DNA of 64,000 bases, from NCBI GenBank assembly GCA_010909165.1, contig MU008176.1, forward strand, positions 736,856 to 800,855, read 5' to 3'. Below the pieces are notes generated by a model. That model had not been told where the DNA came from and searched no databases. It was given only the letters and a program-made list of their open reading frames with translations. Of this stretch, positions 19,401-32,860 are shown piece by piece; within the stretch, counting starts at the first letter, position 1; the number at the start of each line of letters is the position of its first letter. This stretch comes from Anthoceros angustus. Its lineage: Eukaryota; Plantae; Anthocerotophyta. A program made the position numbers and the translations under genes.

Positions 19401-22400
19401 CAAGACTGTGCTCATAGTACCTGCCCGCATAAGGACACCAACAGCGCAGACAAGAATGTTGACTGCTTCTCTACAGGCAGCTCCTCCATCCCAAGTAGCA
19501 GCCCAATTGCCTGCAACGTTTTGAAGGCAACACAGGAAAGTAAGAACTGAGCTCTCGGACGCTAGAAGAAGGTACTTTACTTTTGCATTTTCATAGGCCC
19601 CTTCAAGCAGGTTGTACGTGTCAGCACATGGGTCTCATGAAGGCCAACAGCTCATCTCACCTCAAAGACATAGCTTCGATCTTGGGATAGAACATCATCT
19701 TGCGTGCTGGTAGTCAGCTTCAAAGTAGCTTCCAAGTTCTGTGAGAAATGCTAGAGGAACATGTCAGCAGGACTTCCGAGTTGCCATAAAATGTGACAAT
19801 ATGACATCCTTCCCAACAACATGTGACCCGTCAGAATCAGAGAACGCAATTAATGCTGACGACAAACAACACGTACGAAGAGGCGTATCACACTTACAGT
19901 ATTTGCATCGTTGAGGTCAAACGTTGTATTCAATACACTGTCAATGCAGCACTCTGCTGCAAACTGCTGAACAACAAACCGGCGAAATCCAGGAACCTAC
20001 AGTCGGCAGACCAACAAAGATGAAATAAGACGCGCTTAAGAATTCCCCATAAAAAGCCCACACACACGAACTTTGTCGAAGCTCGGAGGGGCTAATTGGC
20101 AAGTTACCTTCTCTTCTGCAACACCCTCCCCAAGAACATAAAGCAATGTGATTGCTGCTTCAAGGAGAATTGAAGACAAGTCGTCGTACAAATTATATGG
20201 AAAAATGTGACAATATGACATCCTTCCCAACAACATGCAAAACAAGCAGTGAACAGAAGTACTACCTGAAGGATATCTTCAATATAGGGGACCATCTGTA
20301 CCCGCATTGTCTTCACTAGGCGCATAAAAAGGTACCCTGCTCGATTGCTAACATTCGGGTTTGGATGCTGAAACCCTCTCGAGTCAAGAAAAGCTGAAAG
20401 AACTGAAGGAAGATATTGTGGATGGTGCTGCAAGAACCGAACATATCTTGTGACCGTTTCCAGACAAGATAGTGCTACTAGTCGATGAGAATGACACGGT
20501 ACTGGGCGTGATAGTATAGCTCCAATCATGTCTACAAGTGGCCCTCCACCAGGCTTCAATGCATCTTCTGCAACACCCTCCCCAAGAACATAAAGCAATG
20601 TGATTGCTGCTTCAACGTCCTCAAATGGAGTCTCAGGATTTGAAATTGCTGAGGTGAGGGTGCTCTGCACAAATGTTCGTGTCAGATCAGGAGCAACACG
20701 ATGGATGCACCTGAACAAAGAAAATAAATCCTTCCGGTAATCTGCCATCCTCTCCTCTTCTTCTAGCCCATCTTTATCTGGTTCATCTACGGAATCTTTA
20801 CTCTCTGGATCGAAACGCATCCGAATCCGAATGACCTCTAATATCTCACCGATATAGACAGCCTGTTTCCCATTCATTGAAGAGTCTGCAGTTCTCATCC
20901 TCAGAACATAACTAGACAAGAACTGAACCGTTGCAGAGGATATTTCTTCGTCGCCATGCTTCATGAAGTAAAATACAGATGGCAACACATCATCCAGAAG
21001 TGCTGTAACAAGTTCCACTGTCTCTGTGCCATTTATAGGTATTTTCTTGCTGCACTCGAGTACTTCTGTGGCTAGCCCTGTCAGCAAAGATGTGAGTTTA
21101 AGGGCAAAACACAACTCATCAGTCGCCCATATCCCTTTATGAGAATGTCCCTCATAGCCAGTTTGAACTTGCTCACGAGCTGATTAAACAGTTGAAGACA
21201 CTCCACCACATCTTTTGGCTGGGGCACAAGCTACTTGTGAAAAAGCTATACAATTTGTGGGCAGGACACTGACAGATGCTATCATGGAAAGTCACGTGAC
21301 TCACAACCTGTCATGCTAAAAACATCTCATATTCCATGCAGTGAACTCAATGCACCCAGACAGGTGACAGCTTCTTGAGTCAAACAAAGCAAAGGAGGCA
21401 ATTGCTTAAGCAAAGTGTTTTGGCGGCTGCATCCATTCTCTTTGAGACTATGGCCAACAAACAGTCGGCAGCAGCTCATGGAGCTGTGGAGGTTCACTGC
21501 CAGAAACTAGAAATTCGAAAAGCAGACGAATGAATACTTCATTGGCAACCAAAGAAATGTCAATCCAGGACACATATCTGCGCATAACTTCAAGCACAGA
21601 TACCGCCAGAAGGTGTTTGTCCCTTGTAAGATACAGCTAGGCTGTACCAAGCCCTCACAATCTCAGGGATACACTGCAGGCGCATCGCATCCTTTATACG
21701 ATTGGCAGCAGAAACTTTCTCGGTATCCTTAGGGTAGTCCAAGCTAATAACTTCCTCATCCAAAGTGATCAATATGCGACAGAACATATCCACAACTCCC
21801 GGTCCCTGGTTCAGACAAGCAAGCAGGTCGAGGAAAACAGAGGACCACTCTGAAGGGTAGTCCAGGAAGATGAGAATAACAATTATCTGGGATAGTTTGT
21901 TCCTGACAAAGACAGGTCTAGCAAGCATGGCCGCTCCAGCGTCTGCAGATTGTGGTAACTGAGCGTCTGCATTCACCAGCCTCAAACAGCAGCGACGACC
22001 GTATGAACATTCGCTCAGGTGGAGCTAAACCTGTGTATCGCTGCTTTGCCGTCTCTTCCAATGTCTGCAGGCACCAAAACTGGACTTCTGGAAACTGCGA
22101 GCATCTAAATTTCTGGAGACATGCTTGCCATATGGTGGGGGACTGCTTAGCCCGTTCACAGTAGGCCATAGCCTGTGCCTTGAGCTGTGCATCCACTGCA
22201 CCAGTCTGATCAAAACTAAACAGAATAGCCTTCTCGAAGTCATCCATGATTCCAAGAAATGACAATCATGTCTTCGAGATGTCCCCAAGACTGTGCTCAT
22301 AGTACCTGCCCGCATAAGGACACCAACAGCGCAGACAAGAATGTTGACTGCTTCTCTACAGGCAGCTCCTCCATCCCAAGTAGCAGCCCAATTGCCTGCA

Positions 22401-25400
22401 ACGTTTTGAAGGCAACACATCATCCAGAAGTGCTGTAACAAGTTCCACTGTCTCTGTGCCATTTATAGGTATTTTCTTGCTGCACTCGAGTACTTCTGTG
22501 GCTAGCCCTGTCAGCAAAGATGTGAGTTTAAGGGCAAAGTCTGGTTCCTGCGCTTGCATGATGCGGCTACAAACCTGCCCTATCTGCAATTGCTTAAGCA
22601 AAGTAAGCTTGGCGGCTGCATCCATTCTCTTTGAGACTATGGCCAACAAACAGTCGGCAGCAGCTCCGCGGAGCTGTGGAGGTTCACTGCCAGAAACTAG
22701 AAATTCGAAAAGCAGACGAATGAATACTTCATTGGCAACCAAAGAAATGTCAATCCAGGACACATATCTGCGCATAACTTCAAGCACAGATACCGCCAGA
22801 GAAGGTGTTTGTCCCTTGTAAGATACAGCTAGGCTGTACCAAGCCCTCACAATCTCAGGGATACACTGCAGGCGCATCGCATCCTTTATACGATTGGCAG
22901 CAGAAACTTTCTCGGTATCCTTAGGGTAGTCCAAGCTAATAACTTCCTCATCCAAAGTGATCAATATGCGACAGAACATATCCACAACTCCCGGTCCCTG
23001 GTTCAGACAAGCAAGCAGGTTGTACGTGTCAGCACATGGGTCTCATGAAGGCCAACAGCTCATCTCACCTCAAAGACATAGCTTCGATCTTGGGATAGAA
23101 CATCATCTTGCGTGCTGGTAGTCAGCTTCAAAGTAGCTTCCAAGTTCTGTGAGAAATGCTAGAGGAACATGTCAGCAGGACTTCCGAGTTGCCATAAAAT
23201 GTGACAATATGACATCCTTCCCAACAACATGCAAAACAAGCAGTGAACAGAAGTACTACCTGAAGGATATCTTCAATATAGGGGACCATCTGTACCCGCA
23301 TTGTCTTCACTAGGCGCATAAAAAGGTACCCTGCTCGATTGCTAACATTCGGGTTTGGATGAGAAAAATCAACTGGGATGTGTTTGGATTACCAGAATGT
23401 AACTCTTCAAACAGTAGGCGCTGACTGTGACGTGCGCTCAACTGTCTCCAACCATGATGGCAGAGATCAAAAATCCATTGCTGGACGTGCTCAAGGTGGC
23501 TCTCGAATCACAGAACCAGACATGAATCCGAACTCGACCCCTTCAGGTCGATATCTCCCACGAGGTCTCAATGACTAAAGCTACGGATAGCAAACATACA
23601 TACAGAAGATCGTAACTTCGGCAGAATGCGAGCTCCACCCTAATCATTCCAGCATTGGCACGTGCAACTTCTGTGCAACCAAGCTGTGCATAACCACAAT
23701 TCAAGAACTCGGATCCATAGAACGAGGAGAATTCACCGCCACGAGAGCTGCGGATACGGGTAGAGAAAAAAACCCGTCCACTATTTCTCTTGGGAGAAAT
23801 CCCAGTTCACGAGAAGGCAGCATAGGAGGCAGAAGAAAAGGCCTCACTGCTGCGAGGACCGAAAAACGGATTCACGCACCAACTCGAGGCGCGATACCAC
23901 GAAGATTGTTGCGCAAGAAATCTACCCTGTGTCACACGTTTCAGGATTGGCGCTTCCCACCAGCAAAGACTGGAATGGGGAAAAGAAGCCGCATGAGAAA
24001 GGCAAAGTCAAATGTCTTTAAGGCAAGGAAGGCTGGGGACGCGTTTGAGGTGAGGGCAGACATACAGTGCCGGTGGGCGGCGGATCAGGAGCAACACGAT
24101 GGATGCACCTGAACAAAGAAAATAAATCCTTCCGGTAATCTGCCATCCTCTCCTCTTCTTCTAGCCCATCTTTATCTGGTTCATCTACGGAATCTTTACT
24201 CTCTGGATCGAAACGCATCCGAATCCGAATGACCTCTAATATCTCACCGATATAGACAGCCTGTTTCCCATTCATTGAAGAGTCTGCAGTTCTCATCCTC
24301 AGAACATAACTAGACAAGAACTGAACCGTTGCAGAGGATATTTCTTCGTCGCCATGCTTCATGAAGTAAAATACAGATGGCAACACATCATCCAGAAGTG
24401 CTGTAACAAGTTCCACTGTCTCTGTGCCATTTATAGGTATTTTCTTGCTGCACTCGAGTACTTCTGTGGCTAGCCCTGTCAGCAAAGATGTGAGTTTAAG
24501 GGCAAAGTCAAATGTCTTTAAGGCAAGGAAGGCTGGGGACGCGTTTGAGGTGAGGGCAGACATACAGTGCCGGTGGGCGGCGGATCAGGAGGTGCAGCGG
24601 CATGCAAGGAGGAGAGAGGGAGACGCGTACTGAGATTATAGCCTTGCCACCTCGGGTATGCCTGGCTCTTGTGGCCCCCAAAAACCTGCCTGGACAGCGC
24701 AGGCGTCTGGATGTGTGCCAGCCAGCTACAGACACAAGACACAAACTGAGCGCAATTCTGTGCCGCCGTAACTAAGATCCTGATAACCCCGAGGATTGAT
24801 TGATTACCGGCGTCGGCAGTGAAATCCGCGAATTTCCTACCGATTTGGCAAGGTGGCCCTAAAAAGCCCTAGCGAGGCACCCGATGCTGTCGGTTCCAGC
24901 AGATTCCGAGCCTGATTCATCGCAAACAAATGTTAGCGCTAGTGATTGGTGACTTCGATTCTGTTCCGTTGGCCTGTTAGCTCCCCCGCTTTCTCCAGCC
25001 TGCTGTGAGCTGCAGGGACACCATACAGCCGGTACGATGTTTAGGGCTTGGGTGAAGAAACACAGGCGAGCCATCCTGGTGGCAGCTGGAGTGGTCGGAG
25101 CAGGTTGTTGTGCCTACTATGCCTTGTCACAGAGACCGGGACTGAAAGCCCTGCCTGAGGATGACGTCCAATCTGCCTTGTTGCGGAAGGAGGCTGAGGA
25201 TCGGGCTGAGGCTCAGCTGCAGAGCCATTTCGAGAGCATCCAGAAGATATCGGATACGACTACGTTGCCCTCCATTTTGCCTCACTTGAGGTCTCGGCTG
25301 TTTGCTCTGGTTGATCTGACGTGGACAAGCTGCTGCATGCGAAAGAAGATCCGCTGGCTCTGAGTGCCAAGGAGAAGGTGCAGCTGTGGCAGGAGCTGTG

Positions 25401-26488
25401 GAGGTTCACTGCCAGAAACTAGAAATTCTGAAAAGCAGACGAATGAATACTTCATTGGCAACCAAAGAAATGTCAATCCAGGACACATATCTGCGCATAA
25501 CTTCAAGCACAGATACCGCCAGAGAAGGTGCAGCTGTGGCAGGAGCTGAAAATTCAAAGTGTTTGATCCGGGAGCACAGGATGGTTTTTCACTGACATAC
25601 GATGGTTGCGGGTTCCTGACTAGTGTGTGTGTGTGTCTCTGACAGGCTTTACCAGGACTGTGAGTGCTTTTGGGCCGTCAGTCTGTTGGATCTGTTTATC
25701 CGAACTCAACTGAATATTCTCGGAAGGCATGTCTACACAGACACGGCTCGTGGATTGAGGCCTCGAAGTGCGGGGACATACACGCCGCTTTCCATTGGCT
25801 GCCAGCACAAGTTTATTGCGTTTGCTGACTATCTGCCGTATAAGGGCTTGAGTAGTCTGGTGGCTCATGTGCAAGAGGTGGTGGAGACGGTGATGAAAGA
25901 CAAGGCTCTCAAGGATGAGTACGATGTCGATAGTTTGCGTCGTCTCTTTGCTGATATTCGCAGTCGCTTTGAAGACAACACCGACTGTTGGACAGAATAT
26001 GTGCTTCCAGTGGACGACAACTTACCAGCTGATCTTGCGGCTGCCTCATTAGCTGCAGATGCAGCACAGCCAACAGAGGACCACTCTGAAGGGTAGTCCA
26101 GGAAGATGAGAATAACAATTATCTGGGATAGTTTGTTCCTGACAAAGACAGGTCTAGCAAGCATGGCCGCTCCAGCGTCTGCAGATTGTGGTAACTGAGC
26201 GTCTGCATTCACCGTACAAACAGCTCCCAGCAGCGACGACCGTATGAACATTCGCTCAGGTGGAGCTAAACCTGTGTATCGCTGCTTTGCCGTCTCTTCC
26301 AATGTCTGCAGGCACCAAAACTGGACTTCTGGAAACTGCGAGCATCTAAATTTCTGGAGACATGCTTGCCATATGGTGGGGGACTGCTTAGCCCGTTCAC
26401 AGTAGGCCATAGCCTGTGCCTTGAGCTGTGCATCCACTGCACCAGTCTGATCAAAACTAAACAGAATAGCCTTCTCGAAGTCATCCAT
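16489..26488 (-). CDS. XPOT: Exportin-T (PAUSED/Los1 orthologue); present only as duplicated, shuffled fragments, no contiguous intact copy
   Basis: N-terminus MDDFEKAILFSFDQTGAVDAQLKAQAMAYC...QFWCLQTL at 26488 and ~22250. Middle segments FLDYPSEW, ANRIKDAMR.QC, YVSWIDI.LVAN, YRKDLF.LFR.I.RVAP, EAA.TLLY.LGE, LETVTRYVRF and FLDSRG..HPN.NVS.RA.YLFMRLVK. C-terminus QDLKAFFRSFVEEVRPLRNLPRR* with the stop at 16489. All match plant PAUSED as I recall it. Confidence 0.9.
20270..21110 (-). CDS. XPOT: Largest uninterrupted exportin-T coding fragment (ALKLTSLL...PYIEDILQ, ending at a true splice donor)
   Basis: Core of ORF 20104-21114. It ends at CTTCAG|GTAGTA. Its upstream boundary is a chimeric junction at aagggcaaa (~21100). 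Confidence 0.85.
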
Positions 26489-27631
26489 GATTCCAAGTTC
26501 CTACCTGGTCAATCGCAGGAGAAAAAGTAGTATCACCCTTCTGATATGGAATGCTGTCTGGAAAGTACAACGCAAGCGAACAAGTCGACCGTACCCGGAT
26601 TCTATGCCGTGCCTGTCCAAGCTGGTGGGGAGCCCCGACAGGGACTACTGTCCTGTGCTCCAAAGAATCCCCGACCGATCTAGGACGGTTTGGATGAGAA
26701 AAATCAACTGGGATGTGTTTGGATTACCAGAATGTAACTCTTCAAACAGTAGGCGCTGACTGTGACGTGCGCTCAACTGTCTCCAACCATGATGGCAGAG
26801 ATCAAAAATCCATTGCTGGACGTGCTCAAGGTGGCTCTCGAATCACAGAACCAGACATGAATCCGAACTCGACTGAATATTCTCGGAAGGCATGTCTACA
26901 CAGACACGGCTCGTGGATTGGAGGCCTCAGTGCGGGGACATACACGCCGCTTTCCATTGGCTGCCAGCACAAGTTTATTGCGTTTGCTGACTATCTGCCG
27001 TATAAGGGCTTGAGTAGTCTGGTGGCTCATGTGCAAGAGGTGGTGGAGACGGTGATGAAAGACAAGGCTCTCAAGGATGAGTACGATGTCGATAGTTTGC
27101 GTCGTCTCTTTGATATTCGCAGTCGCTTTGAAGACAACACCGACTGTTGGACAGAATATGTGCTTCCAGTGGACGACAACTTACCAGCTGATCTTGCGGC
27201 TGCCTCATTAGCTGCAGATGCAGCACAGCCAACAGAGGAGCTCATCAAGGCTACCGACGATGATGCACGGCTGAGTCAGCTCATGACGGAGACCAGACGA
27301 GTTTTGTCAAGGTAGGTTGTTGTTGCTGATTGCCTTGGCCAGCCCTTTTCAGTTGACAGTATTTGACACTATGATGTTTGTTGTACCTCAGTGAGGAGTT
27401 CCGCCTAGTGCTAGAGCAGCTGTTCATGCTATTTTGGAGGGAGTCACCACGGAATTGTATGCCAGCTTCGAGAGCGTTGTCTACCATTGGCCAAACTACT
27501 TCCGGCAATAGCAAGCGTGGGCAACTCTCTTGGAGGAACCGGCGGATAACAAATACACACGAATACTATCTCGCCTGCCGTCAGTAGAGTCCTTCTGCGC
27601 CATGGTTTACAGTACTACAGCTGAGGAATAG
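25037..27631 (+). pseudogene. PEX3: PEX3 copy interleaved with antisense exportin-T fragments and carrying indels
   Basis: Near-identical to 28677-29981, but interrupted at ~25390-25530 and ~26085-26870 by XPOT-region sequence and frameshifted at several single-base indels. Confidence 0.75.
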
Positions 27632-28676
27632 CGGATGACTAGTGACCTGTGCACGAGAATTGTTGCATGCTGTATATTACAACTACTGACCCATTTGACG
27701 CCATTCCACGTGATCCCCAGTGAACCACGAACATTGATAGCAAACATACATACAGAAGATCGTAACTTCGGCAGAATGCGAGCTCCACCCTAATCATTCC
27801 AGCATTGGCACGTGCAACTTCTGTGCAACCAAGCTGTGCATAACCACAATTCAAGAACTCGGATCCATAGAACGAGGAGAATTCACCGCCACGAGAGCTG
27901 CGGATACGGGTAGAGAAAAACCCGTCCACTATTTCTCTTGGGAGAAATCCCATTCACGAGAAGGCAGCATAGGAGGCAGAAGAAAAGGCCTCACTGCTGC
28001 GAGGACCGAAAACGGATTCACGCACCAACTCGAGGCGCGATACCACGAAGATTGTTGCGCAAGAAATCTACCCTGTGTCACACGTTTCAGGATTGGCGCT
28101 TCCCACCAGCAAAGACTGGAATGGGGAAAAGAAGCCGCATGAGAAAGGCAAAGTCAAATGTCTTTAAGGCAAGGAAGGCTGGGGACGCGTTTGAGGTGAG
28201 GGATACAGTGCCGGTGGGCGGCGGATCAGGAGGTGCAGCGGCATGCAAGGAGGAGAGAGGAGACGCGTACTGAGATTATAGCCTTGCCACCTCGGGTATG
28301 CCTGGCTCTTGTGGCCCCCAAAAACCTGCCTGGACAGCGCAGGCGTCTGGATGTGTGCCAGCCAGCTACAGACACAAGACACAAACTGAGCGCAATTCTG
28401 TGCCGCCGTAACTAAGATCCCGATAACCCCGAGGATTGATTGACACCGGCGTCGGCAGTGAAATCCGCGAATTTCCCTACCGATTTGGCAAGGTGGCCCT
28501 AAAAAGCCCTAGCGAGGCACCCGATGCTGTCGGTTCCAGCAGATTCCGAGCCTGATTCATCGCAAACAAATGTTAGCGCTAGTGATTGGTGACTTCGATT
28601 CTGTTCCGTTGGCCTGTTAGCTCCCCCGCTTTCTCCAGCCTGCTGTGAGCTGCAGGGACACCATACAGCCGGTACG

Positions 28677-29981
28677 ATGTTTAGGGCTTGGGTGAAGAAA
28701 CACAGGCGAGCCATCCTGGTGGCAGCTGGAGTGGTCGGAGCAGGTTGTTGTGCCTACTATGCCTTGTCACAGAGACCGGGACTGAAAGCCCTGCCTGAGG
28801 ATGACGTCCAATCTGCCTTGTTGCGGAAGGAGGCTGAGGATCGGGCTGAGGCTCAGCTGCAGAGCCATTTCGAGAGCATCCAGAAGATATCGGATACGAC
28901 TACGTTGCCCTCCATTTTGCCTCACTTGAGGTCTCGGCTGTTTGCTCTGGTTGATCTGACGGGCTTGATGGACAAGCTGCTGCATGCGAAAGAAGATCCG
29001 CTGGCTCTGAGTGCCAAGGAGAAGGTGCAGCTGTGGCAGGAGCTGAAAATTCAAAGTAAGCTTGATCCGGGAGCACGGGATGGTTTTTTCACTGACATAC
29101 GATGGTTGCGGGTTCCTGACTAGTGTGTGTGTGTGTCTCTGACAGGCTTTACCAGGACTGTGAGTGCTTTTTGGGCCGTCAGTCTGTTGGATCTGTTTAT
29201 CCGAACTCAACTGAATATTCTCGGAAGGCATGTCTACACAGACACGGCTCGTGGATTGGAGGCCTCGAAGTGCGGGGACATACACACGCCGCTTTCCATT
29301 GGCTGCCAGCACAAGTTTATTGCGTTTGCTGACTATCTGCCGTATAAGGGCTTGAGTAGTCTGGTGGCTCATGTGCAAGAGGTGGTGGAGACGGTGATGA
29401 AAGACAAGGCTCTCAAGGATGAGTACGATGTCGATAGTTTGCGTCGTCTCTTTGCTGATATTCGCAGTCGCTTTGAAGACAACACCGACTGTTGGACAGA
29501 ATATGTGCTTCCAGTGGACGACAACTTACCAGCTGATCTTGCGGCTGCCTCATTAGCTGCAGATGCAGCACAGCCAACAGAGGAGCTCATCAAGGCTACC
29601 GACGATGATGCACGGCTGAGTCAGCTCATGACGGAGACCAGACGAGTTTTGTCAAGGTAGGTTGTTGTTGCTGATTGCCTTGGCCAGCCCTTTTTCAGTT
29701 GACAGTATTTGACACTATGATGTTTGTTGTACCTCAGTGAGGAGTTCCGCCTAGTGCTGAGAGCAGCTGTTCATGCTATTTTGGAGGGAGTCACCACGGA
29801 ATTGTATGCCAGCTTCGGAGAGCGTTGTCTACCATTGGCCAAACTACTTCCGGCAATAGCAAGCGTGGGCAACTCTCTCTTGGAGGAACCGGCGGATAAC
29901 AAATACACACGAATACTATCTCGCCTGCCGTCAGTAGAGTCCTTCTGCGCCATGGTTTACAGTACTACAGCTGAGGAATAG
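28677..29981 (+). CDS. PEX3: Peroxisomal biogenesis factor 3 (intact three-exon model)
   Basis: Exons 28677-29055, 29146-29656 and 29738-29981 with GT-AG introns and a continuous frame. Motifs: KKHRRAIL plus N-terminal TM; QLQ.HFESIQ.ISD.TTLPS; WQELKI.SFTR..SA.WA..LL.LF.R.QLNILGRH.Y.DTA; LPLAKLLP. Confidence 0.93.
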
Positions 29982-30439
29982 CGGATGACTAGTGACCTGT
30001 GCACGAGAATTGTTGCATGCTGTATATTACAACTACTGACCCATTTGACGCCATTCCACGTGATCCCCCAGTGAACCACGAACATTGATAGCAAACATTT
30101 GCTACGGAGGAAAAGTTTTTGCAAGCAGTTTTTCATACGGCCAGCCCTGGCCTGACTATCGTTTGTGCCTCCTCGTTGGTGTGGATATTGCTAGATCTGC
30201 CTCTGATATGCGGGAAGGACGGGCCTGGTAGTCCTGTGGAGCCGGGTTCTCCCGTTGAAGCCTGGGCTGGGTAGTCGGTGTTTTCGGTTGGGGTGGGTTC
30301 GCGTGTATGGCCACGCCTACCCTTAAAACCCGGGTGTCACATTCGCACTGTCATGTGCAGCACCTTAAAAAGTGACCGCCATCATGTCGGTCCGGATCAA
30401 AATTCACCGCCTCGTGTAGGTTTCCCAAGTGTCCTGAAC

Positions 30440-32860
30440 GAAGAAGAAGAAGAAAATTTTATTTAAGTCCACGAAGGACGGATTTCCGTCATGGGACTGA
30501 TTTGTCATACATACAAAGAAAGTATATTGAAAAATTAACCGCTATTCTGAATCTGGCCTGAGAACTAGTGACGTGAACCATTATGTAATGTCAGGGATGT
30601 TGAACTCTTGAAAATGTTGAGTCCGCTTTTCCCACATTTGCTTTAGGCAGACACCTACAGAAATAGGATCAGGAAAAGAGAAAAAGTGGCGAAGTGAAGA
30701 TCGTGCTGTTGTAAATAGAGGGATAAAATTCCCCCGAATATCTTCATAGGTGTGACAAAGGAACACAAAGTGTTCTTCAGTCTCCACCCCCCTGTTGCAT
30801 AACCTGCAGATTCTGGACTCCTTTGGTGGCTTAGGACGTAGCCATCTATCCGTCTCAATCCTAAGACGGTGAGACCCGACACGAAGATGACCTATAATCA
30901 TCCTTAATTTGAAAGACACAGGGGTGCGAAGGTAAAGAGGGAGCACTGGTTTCCCAGAATTGGATAAAATACGAAAATACTGTTTATAAGTGTCAAGCCT
31001 AGGGGATAAGGGAGAGAGAGGAGACCAAGTATAGGACAAGTATGTAGTCTGCAAATCAAGGCGGATGGACTTATTTGGAGGAGGTGGCAAGAACTGGAAA
31101 AGGGGATGGGCCGGAAGACTCTCGGGACAAAACCAAATTTCTGCAGCCATGAGCAAGATTGCGCATACCAACAAGTCTTATTTCCCGAGACGGCTAATTT
31201 CCGGGAGGACTGAAAAGCAAGAAGAAGGTATGAGGGAGGGGAGGTAGGATGATCGGAATGAGCTTCTTCTAATGAACAGAGGCGGTAGAAGAAGTTAGTC
31301 AAGCGAAATAGACCATCCAGCTCAAGCGGAATGTGGCAAACTCTGCAAGGAAGATGGGAAGGGGGACAGACCTCTTGCACGCAATGTGGGGACGAAGAAA
31401 GGATGTCTGAACCTCCTCCACCTTGCACCAATCGTCGGGAGAGAGGTACGGTCCCCAAAACTCCGCTGCATACATAGCCGAGGGTACGACGACCGTGTTG
31501 AATAACCATTGTTGAGTGGGGATGTCCTTGATGTGCATCCGAGAGCATCTTGAACCCCACACGATGCCACACCCTTGAGAATGCGAGCGAGGCAGAGCTT
31601 CCATCAAGTGTCGGGCCATACAGTTCCACCTGTAGACATAAGATCGAACTACCGACAAGTTCACCATTATAGTAGAACTTGAGATTGTGTTGCAGGATCC
31701 CTTTGTTGAAGAACATGACCTTAGTCTTCTTGAGATTGACCTCCAAATCTCTTGCTTGAGCGCGACAATATGTCAATTCTTTGTTGGAGGCCCCGAGGAG
31801 AGTGGGAGAGAAGGGCAATGTCATCCGTGATACAAGAGAATAGCAATGTAGACCAAGGAAAGGATGCAACCAGGATCCCCATACTCCAATCCAAGACTCA
31901 GTTCATCTATGTAGAGGCCAAATAGGTTAGGAGAAGATGGATCTCCGCACTCCCATGTTGCAAAGCAAATCCAAAGGTCAAAAGCAAGATAAGGAGTGCG
32001 GATCTTGGCTTTCACCTTGTCATATAGAACCCCTATGGCATGAAGAAGATGAGAAGGCATACCCAGCCTATGGAAGCGGTCAAAGAGCTTCTCCCTGGAG
32101 ATAGAGTCAAATGCTCGCTTGAAGTCAACAAAACATACATAAACATGCCTGTTATCCTTCTTTCTGCTCTTGGCTTCCTGAATAATAGCAATGAGAGTGA
32201 AGAGATTATCCTGGGTATTGCGCTGCGGACGAAATCCAGCCTGGCCCCGTGCCCTAACTCCAGCATTCTCAGCCCAAGTCGTAGTGAGAATTTCCAAGCA
32301 AGAGCTAAAGATCTTGGCAAAAATGGACTCAACCATGATATACCTATAGTTGGATGGGAGCTGGGGGTCACCTGTCTTGAAGATGGAATGGATGTCATTC
32401 CAGCACCACTCATCTGGAAATCCATGGACTAAAGCCTCGTTGAACAGCGCAGCCAAGGGGGGAGCAATCACCGTAGGACTTGCATACGAGAAAAGCTCTC
32501 AGAATGTCTTGATGGCTCTGCATCTAAGGTTATTGATGGCGGTAGGATAGGTCGGGGTGGCTTGACCGATCCATGGTCCTAACGAGGGTATAGATTAAAG
32601 AAAAGAGTTTGGACATATTGATAAGCTCGGGAGCCTGCATTGGATAGTTTGATGGGAATGAAACTCCTCAAAAGCGCCACAGATTCCTTAAGGAGCTTGA
32701 CAAGAGGCATCACGGTGGAGGAAAAGCGGACTTTGACAATAAAGGCTTTGCGAGACAATTTCTTGTACAATAATGATGAGACTTGGATGGAACCTTGAGG
32801 CAAGGTAGTTGTGAGTGAGGATTTTGCATCATCAAACCGGGATGACGAGGAGCGTGTTGG
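30440..32860 (-). mobile_element. Non-LTR retrotransposon family A, 3' part (RT, C-terminal Cys/His motif, 3' UTR, (TTC)n tail); RTEX/L2-like, decayed
   Basis: NYRYIMV, GQAGFR, VCFVDFKRAFDSI and PNLFGLYID in ORF 31821-32471. HLRVGSHRLRIETDRW...RICRLC..VETEEHFVFLC in 30581-31174. AATAAA and a (TTC)5 tail on the minus strand at 30440-30463. Clade assignment is tentative. Confidence 0.88.

Noticed and set aside
24018-26488. Apparent XPOT-PEX3 fusion or novel chimeric ORFs (for example 25865-26488, 24018-24563, 25037-25363)
   Set aside because: They arise only by reading across the microhomology junctions, often into the antisense strand of the other gene.
16489-30100. Ciliate-style programmed gene scrambling with pointer sequences
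   Set aside because: Segments are redundant rather than a one-copy permutation, junctions fall in introns, exons and intergenic DNA alike, the same pattern affects LINE sequence, and copies differ by sequencing-type indels. No such system is needed to explain it.
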